From an uncultured Candidatus Saccharibacteria bacterium (lineage in GTDB: Bacteria; Patescibacteriota; Doudnabacteria; UBA920), in the NCBI GenBank assembly GCA_964434195.1, contig CAYSUI010000005.1:10671-74670 (forward strand): a DNA stretch of 64,000 nt, given 5' to 3'. Positions 59,903 to 64,000 of the stretch are shown one piece after another. The position numbers were made by a program, and so were the translations under genes. Within the stretch, counting starts at the first letter, position 1; the number at the start of each line of letters is the position of its first letter. The notes under the pieces were generated by a model. That model worked only from the letters and a program-made list of their open reading frames with translations. It did not search any database and was not told the DNA's origin.

Positions 59903-59988
59903 TCCCAAGACCCAAAACGGTCTTTTTTATTTCCCATACTTAATTTCCCTACATAATAAACAAAAGACACCACTAAAGGTGCCTAAAA

Positions 59989-60126
59989 TTCACGAGCGAA
60001 GCAATGTGAGTGCTAAAATGGGGTCCCCGACAGCTCGCTTTTGGGGAAGAGGGACACGAGCCAAAACATCGCGCAAGGTTTTCTGCATCGAAAACCTGGA
60101 GCAAAGTTTGGGCTCGATGGCCCGAG
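59989..60126. ncRNA. E5: most divergent copy of the tRNA-associated structured repeat, abutting tRNA-Ile(UAU)
   Basis: Shares 5' TTCACGAGCGAAGCAATGTGAG and the 3' junction ...GGCCCGAG-TGGTGGGCGC; middle region diverged. Confidence 0.45.
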
Positions 60127-60203
60127 TGGTGGGCGCACTAGGACTCGAACCTAGGACCCTCGAGGTATAAGCTCGATGCTCTAACCAACTGAGCTATGCG
60201 CCC
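60127..60203 (-). tRNA. tRNA-Ile (anticodon UAU as encoded; AUA-decoding), CCA encoded
   Basis: Acceptor GGGCGCA, anticodon stem TCGAG/CTCGA, loop CTTATAC, T-arm CTAGGTTCGAGTCCTAG. Confidence 0.65.
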
Positions 60204-60457
60204 AAAATACTAACCTACCAATTATAGGAAAGTTCCAGCATCTTGAAAAGACCTCAGATAAAAATATTCAAAGAATAATAAAGTTATCCCCTGTTGTGCA
60301 TAAACTGTGCACAACTACCTATTTTTCTGTGGGTAGAACAAGGATGAAACATGCAAAACCCCAAAATTCCCTTTTTATCCAAACTCCTCTATTCTTTATC
60401 TGGATGTTTTTACGGATTGCAGATTTGGGCGATCTCGTTTTCAAAGGGAGGATATTT

Positions 60458-61729
60458 ATGGCAGGAATTTTTGGTATATATAAACACAACGAAGCAAGTA
60501 ACTTCGCATATCTTGGTTGTTATGCCATGCAGCAACGTGGTACAAAACAATCAGGTATTGTGAGCTCAGATGAAAATAAACTTTACTCTTTTCATGGTCA
60601 GGGTCTAATAAAAAAATCTGTACACGAAGGAACTATCAGGCATTTAAAAGGTAAACATGCTATTGCCCAGATAGATCATAAAAAAGGCTTAGCACTTCCC
60701 TATAAATTCAAACACGCAACTGAAGGAGAAATAGCGGTATGTTTAGATTCAAATCAAAACCAACCCATTTCACAGTTTAGCCTCTTGGACAATAACGAAC
60801 TTGAAAGACTTATTCTTAGCAGTCTTCAATATCTAGACTTTAGCACCGAAGAAACACTCAGAATGAGTCTAAATGGCGTAAACAAAACCTTTATCGCTTT
60901 AAGCAAGAACAAAATGCTTATTTCAAGAGATCCTTGGGGAAATAGGCCTCTAATTTTGGGAAAACTAGGCGAATCCATCTTAGCTAGTACAGAGTCCACA
61001 TCTTTCGATTTACTCGGAGCAGAAATAATAAGAGAAGTTGAACCAGGAGAAGTAATTCTGATTACCGACTCCTCATTAATCTCTCTTTTAAAGAGGCCCT
61101 CCGAGAACCTTCTTCAGTGCTCCTTCGAACATGTTTATTTCTCAAGACCCGACTCCATAATTTTCAATCAGAGTGTAAACAAAAGCCGTCACAAATGGGG
61201 AAAACTACTAGCAAAAGAACACCCTGTTGAAAAGGACTGTATAACTATAGGCGTACCTGACTCTGGGGTACCAGTAGCTTTAGGATTCGCCCAAGGCTCA
61301 GACACAAGCTACTTAAACGGTATAATTCGCAACCGATATGTAGGAAAAATGGAAAGCAATGCCACTTTAAGTCCAAGTAGAGTTCGTACTAAATTCAACG
61401 CAGATAGATCGCTAATTGAGGGACAAAAAGTTGCTTTGCTCGACGATTCATTACTTGGCGGAGAAGTAGCTAGGCTCTTAGTTCAAATGCTTAGAAACGC
61501 TGGAGCAATTGAAGTCCACGTCAGGATAGCGTGTCCACCCATTCTTTCCACTTGCCAATTTGGACAAGGTATTTCCAATCAAGGCATTCTTATCGCCAAA
61601 ACTCATTCATTTGAAGAGATACTCAAACACCTCAAAGCAGATTCACTAGGATTTCTGAGTATGGAAAGTTTTCTCTCGGTGTTTCACTCCAAACAAAATT
61701 TTTGTACCGAATGTATGCGTCGAAGCTAG
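60458..61729 (+). CDS. Amidophosphoribosyltransferase (PurF)-like protein with N-terminal Cys replaced by Ala (MAGIFGI); start placed at the internal Met with strong SD (track ORF begins 60296)
   Basis: Ntn-GATase-like N-terminus, PRTase domain VALLDDSLLGGEVARLLVQMLRNAGAIEVHVRIACPPI; AGGGAGG 7 nt before ATG. Confidence 0.55.
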   Translation: MAGIFGIYKHNEASNFAYLGCYAMQQRGTKQSGIVSSDENKLYSFHGQGLIKKSVHEGTIRHLKGKHAIAQIDHKKGLALPYKFKHATEGEIAVCLDSNQNQPISQFSLLDNNELERLILSSLQYLDFSTEETLRMSLNGVNKTFIALSKNKMLISRDPWGNRPLILGKLGESILASTESTSFDLLGAEIIREVEPGEVILITDSSLISLLKRPSENLLQCSFEHVYFSRPDSIIFNQSVNKSRHKWGKLLAKEHPVEKDCITIGVPDSGVPVALGFAQGSDTSYLNGIIRNRYVGKMESNATLSPSRVRTKFNADRSLIEGQKVALLDDSLLGGEVARLLVQMLRNAGAIEVHVRIACPPILSTCQFGQGISNQGILIAKTHSFEEILKHLKADSLGFLSMESFLSVFHSKQNFCTECMRRS

Positions 61730-61770
61730 ACTTCGATCTTTTTTTATGGAAAAATACATACACGCACTAA

Positions 61771-62082
61771 TTGAGTCGAAAAAAAATCGACAAAGAAAAA
61801 AATATGGAAGAAGAAGATATAAAAAATATATTCGAAGACAAATATGCAGATTTGCTTGAAATGGGTTATGAGGAATGGTTAGAAAAATCTCCAAAAACCG
61901 AAGATCAAGCATATGCCAGATGCATCGCAATAGATCGTGAACTAAACAAAACCTACGACGAATGGTTTGAGTCTAAAGGTGACAAGCGGGAAGAACTAGG
62001 AGAACACCGCGCCAAACTAAAAGCCGAGTACGATCTCATAGAAGAAATATTCAAACTAGAGGCCAACGATCGCAGTTGGTAA
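61771..62082 (+). CDS. Small acidic hypothetical protein
   Basis: ORF followed by hairpin terminator at 62090-62118. Confidence 0.3.
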   Translation: MSRKKIDKEKNMEEEDIKNIFEDKYADLLEMGYEEWLEKSPKTEDQAYARCIAIDRELNKTYDEWFESKGDKREELGEHRAKLKAEYDLIEEIFKLEANDRSW

Positions 62083-62152
62083 TAAAATTGACTAACTTAG
62101 TTAGTCTTTTTTATTACTTTTACCTTTTATTAATTTCTGCTAGCATTGCCCT

Positions 62153-62818
62153 ATGTTAACCATAGTTCCAACGCCTCTAGGCAACTTAAAAGACATTACC
62201 TTCCGCGGAGTAGAAGCCTTAACAGAAGCAGGTTTTATAATTGCGGAAAACCCAAGCTACTCCAAAAGACTACTCGACCACTACAAAATTCCAAAAAAAG
62301 AATTAGTTCAATTTGCAGACCACAACGAACTCAAAGTTTTAGATAATCTAATCGAAAAACTAAAAACCCAATCTGCCTGCTTAATAACCGACGCCGGCAC
62401 GCCAGGAATTTCCGACCCCGGTTTCAGACTGGTAAAAGCTTGCATAGAAAATAAGATTCAAATAGTCGCACTCCCCGGACCAAACGCTGCCATTACCGCA
62501 CTTTCCGCCAGTGGTCTACCCACCGACAAATTTATTTTTTTTGGTTTCCTAGGCAAAACCGAGCCAAAAGTTGTAAAAGCAATACAAGAGGCTAAAACTA
62601 CCGAATCCACAGCATGCTTCTACGAATCTCCTGAACGCATTACAAAAACTATTAGCTATATTACAAAAAACTTTCCAAGAGCAAACGTAGTAGTCATAAG
62701 AGAAATATCCAAAATCCACGAAGAATACATAAGAGGCACTGCAGAGGAAGTTGAAAAAAATCTAAAACTCCGCCAAACTATCAAAGGTGAAATCACAGTA
62801 ATATTATCATTTAAATGA
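62153..62818 (+). CDS. rsmI: 16S rRNA (cytidine1402-2'-O)-methyltransferase RsmI (tetrapyrrole-methylase fold)
   Basis: LTIVPTPLGNLKDITFRGVEAL and TDAGTPGISDPG motifs. Confidence 0.8.
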   Translation: MLTIVPTPLGNLKDITFRGVEALTEAGFIIAENPSYSKRLLDHYKIPKKELVQFADHNELKVLDNLIEKLKTQSACLITDAGTPGISDPGFRLVKACIENKIQIVALPGPNAAITALSASGLPTDKFIFFGFLGKTEPKVVKAIQEAKTTESTACFYESPERITKTISYITKNFPRANVVVIREISKIHEEYIRGTAEEVEKNLKLRQTIKGEITVILSFK

Positions 62819-62828
62819 TTAAGTAAGA

Positions 62829-63209
62829 TTGCGCATGATTGACAAGAATGAAAAACCGAAAGACCTACAACGCAGAACGAAAATATTCGCAATTCGGATC
62901 ATAAAATTAGTAAAATTTTTAGAAAAAGACTCAGTAGCAAAAATAATTGGTAAACAAATCTTACGTTCTGGCACTTCAGTTGCCACCAACTACAGAGCAT
63001 CATGTAGAGCAAAATCTGCTAGAGATTTTATTTCCAAAATCTCTATAGTTATGGAAGAATCTGACGAAACGCTATTTTGGCTGGAATTACTTGAAGAATC
63101 CAATTTAGTAAATGCAAAAACAATTGCGGATCTCAAAGACGAGGCAAATCAAATCACTGCAATCATGACAGCCTCTAAAACTTCTGCAATAAAAAACCAA
63201 AAAGGTTAG
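62829..63209 (+). CDS. Four-helix-bundle protein (23S rRNA intervening-sequence protein family)
   Basis: GKQILRSGTSVATNYRASCRAKSARDFISKISIVMEESDETLFWLELL, the family's conserved core. Confidence 0.7.
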   Translation: MRMIDKNEKPKDLQRRTKIFAIRIIKLVKFLEKDSVAKIIGKQILRSGTSVATNYRASCRAKSARDFISKISIVMEESDETLFWLELLEESNLVNAKTIADLKDEANQITAIMTASKTSAIKNQKG

Positions 63210-63268
63210 TAACTTGCAGCTTATTCATATTCAATCCTATTTAATCTTTTAAATCTTGTTCAATCTCT

Positions 63269-63985
63269 ATGTCTGGACATTCAAAATGGGCTCAAATAAA
63301 ACGTTCAAAGGGGGCTAAAGATGCCAAACGTGGCGTACTTTTTTCCAAACTAAGTAAAAAAATAACCCTTGCTGCCAAAGCCGGTAACTCCCCCGACCCA
63401 AGTCTTAATTTCCAGCTAAGAGCCGAAATAGAAAATGCTAAGGCGGAAGGAATGCCAAACGAGAATATTGAACGCGCGGCAAAAAAACCTTTCGGTAAAG
63501 ACGCGGTACAACTAACAGAAGTAGTCTACGAGGCCTATGGCCCATTTGGCACAGCATTCATAATAGAATGTGCTACCGACAACACAAATCGTGCAGTCGG
63601 CAACGTTAAAAAAATTCTCGGTAAACACGAAGGTAATCTAGGTAGCGTTGGTTCAGTCTCCTGGCAATTCACCACAAAGGGCCAAATCCTTATAGAAAAA
63701 GATCCCAAACTAGAAGAATACGAATTAGATGCCATAGAGGCTGGTGCAATAGACACTGAACTAAGCACAGAAGGCTTAATAGTCTACACACAACCAGATA
63801 AACTCCATGAAATAAAAACAATCCTCGCTGGTAAAGGCGCAAAGGTAGCGAGCAATGAAATAATTAAAGAAAGTACCCAACCAGTAGAACTAACAGACAC
63901 CCAAAAACCCAAAGTAGAAGCATTGTTCAATGAACTGGAAGACGACGAAGAAGTAATCGCCGTCCACACCAACGCCCTACTATAA
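63269..63985 (+). CDS. yebC: YebC/PmpR-family transcriptional regulatory protein
   Basis: MSGHSKWAQIKRSKGAKDAKRG N-terminus diagnostic of the YebC family. Confidence 0.85.
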   Translation: MSGHSKWAQIKRSKGAKDAKRGVLFSKLSKKITLAAKAGNSPDPSLNFQLRAEIENAKAEGMPNENIERAAKKPFGKDAVQLTEVVYEAYGPFGTAFIIECATDNTNRAVGNVKKILGKHEGNLGSVGSVSWQFTTKGQILIEKDPKLEEYELDAIEAGAIDTELSTEGLIVYTQPDKLHEIKTILAGKGAKVASNEIIKESTQPVELTDTQKPKVEALFNELEDDEEVIAVHTNALL

Positions 63986-64000
63986 TTTCTATTTAATTCG

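Noticed and set aside
1-64000. rRNA genes
   Set aside because: I saw no stretch resembling conserved 16S, 23S or 5S sequence. The tRNA clusters are not rRNA-operon spacers.

Overview
The window is about 64 kb of low-GC bacterial DNA (roughly 35% GC by eye). It has a small-genome, CPR/Patescibacteria-like character: a short 4-domain ribosomal S1, tRNAs with genomically encoded CCA, and many small secreted or membrane hypotheticals. Standard stop codons including TGA are used. I did not compute GC skew or run any searches; everything below is read from the sequence and the ORF track.

Core genes, left to right:
- Minus-strand block (0-36 kb): rpsP, smc, rnc, ftsH, galU, comM/yifB, lspA, recA, rodZ, ftsK, hsp20, a GT28 glycosyltransferase, a HAD phosphatase, a beta-class DNA methyltransferase, rnhB. 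A trypsin-like protease (681-1553) and one small hypothetical (19205-19549) are the only plus-strand ORFs in this stretch.
- Plus-strand block (37-64 kb): bactofilin, infB, rbfA, nrnA, ddl, gyrA, a purF-like protein, rsmI, a four-helix-bundle protein, yebC. rlmH and rpsA lie on the minus strand within this block.
- Coding strand switches from almost all minus to mostly plus at about 34-37 kb, where a 1.3 kb non-coding gap sits.

I resolve 14 tRNA genes plus one 5'-truncated tRNA-Cys copy. No rRNA, CRISPR array or phage structural genes were seen.

The most interesting features are all non-standard:
1. A roughly 140-nt structured repeat family (five copies, E1-E5) abuts the encoded-CCA 3' end of five different tRNA genes. 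Three hairpins carry compensatory base changes between copies.
2. A tandem array of six secreted paralogs (9.6-15.0 kb) shares a C-terminal two-helix membrane domain reminiscent of VirB2/TrbC-type pilins. N-terminal ectodomains are hypervariable, and a CPBP intramembrane protease gene lies adjacent.
3. A mosaic islet at 47.5-49.7 kb holds a GC-atypical ORF, a tRNA-Cys plus a 5'-truncated diverged tRNA-Cys copy with compensatory T-stem and acceptor changes, an HNH endonuclease abutting tRNA-Leu(UAA), and a duplicated tRNA-Leu 3' end. These look like integration scars.
4. A second scar at the gyrA 3' end carries a diverged 51-nt copy of the gyrA terminus. Next to it is a 165-nt covarying structured element (Y) with a strongly SD-preceded 11-codon mini-ORF. 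The same Y element sits behind tRNA-Cys.
5. A 640-bp degenerate tandem-repeat array lies next to an AT-rich stretch with a cluster of DnaA-box-like sites. This is a candidate origin or iteron region.
6. Several dispersed small palindromic repeat families occur: CTGGCTTTGCCAG hairpins, a MITE-like element with 16-bp perfect terminal inverted repeats, and an SD-hairpin-ATG repeat.
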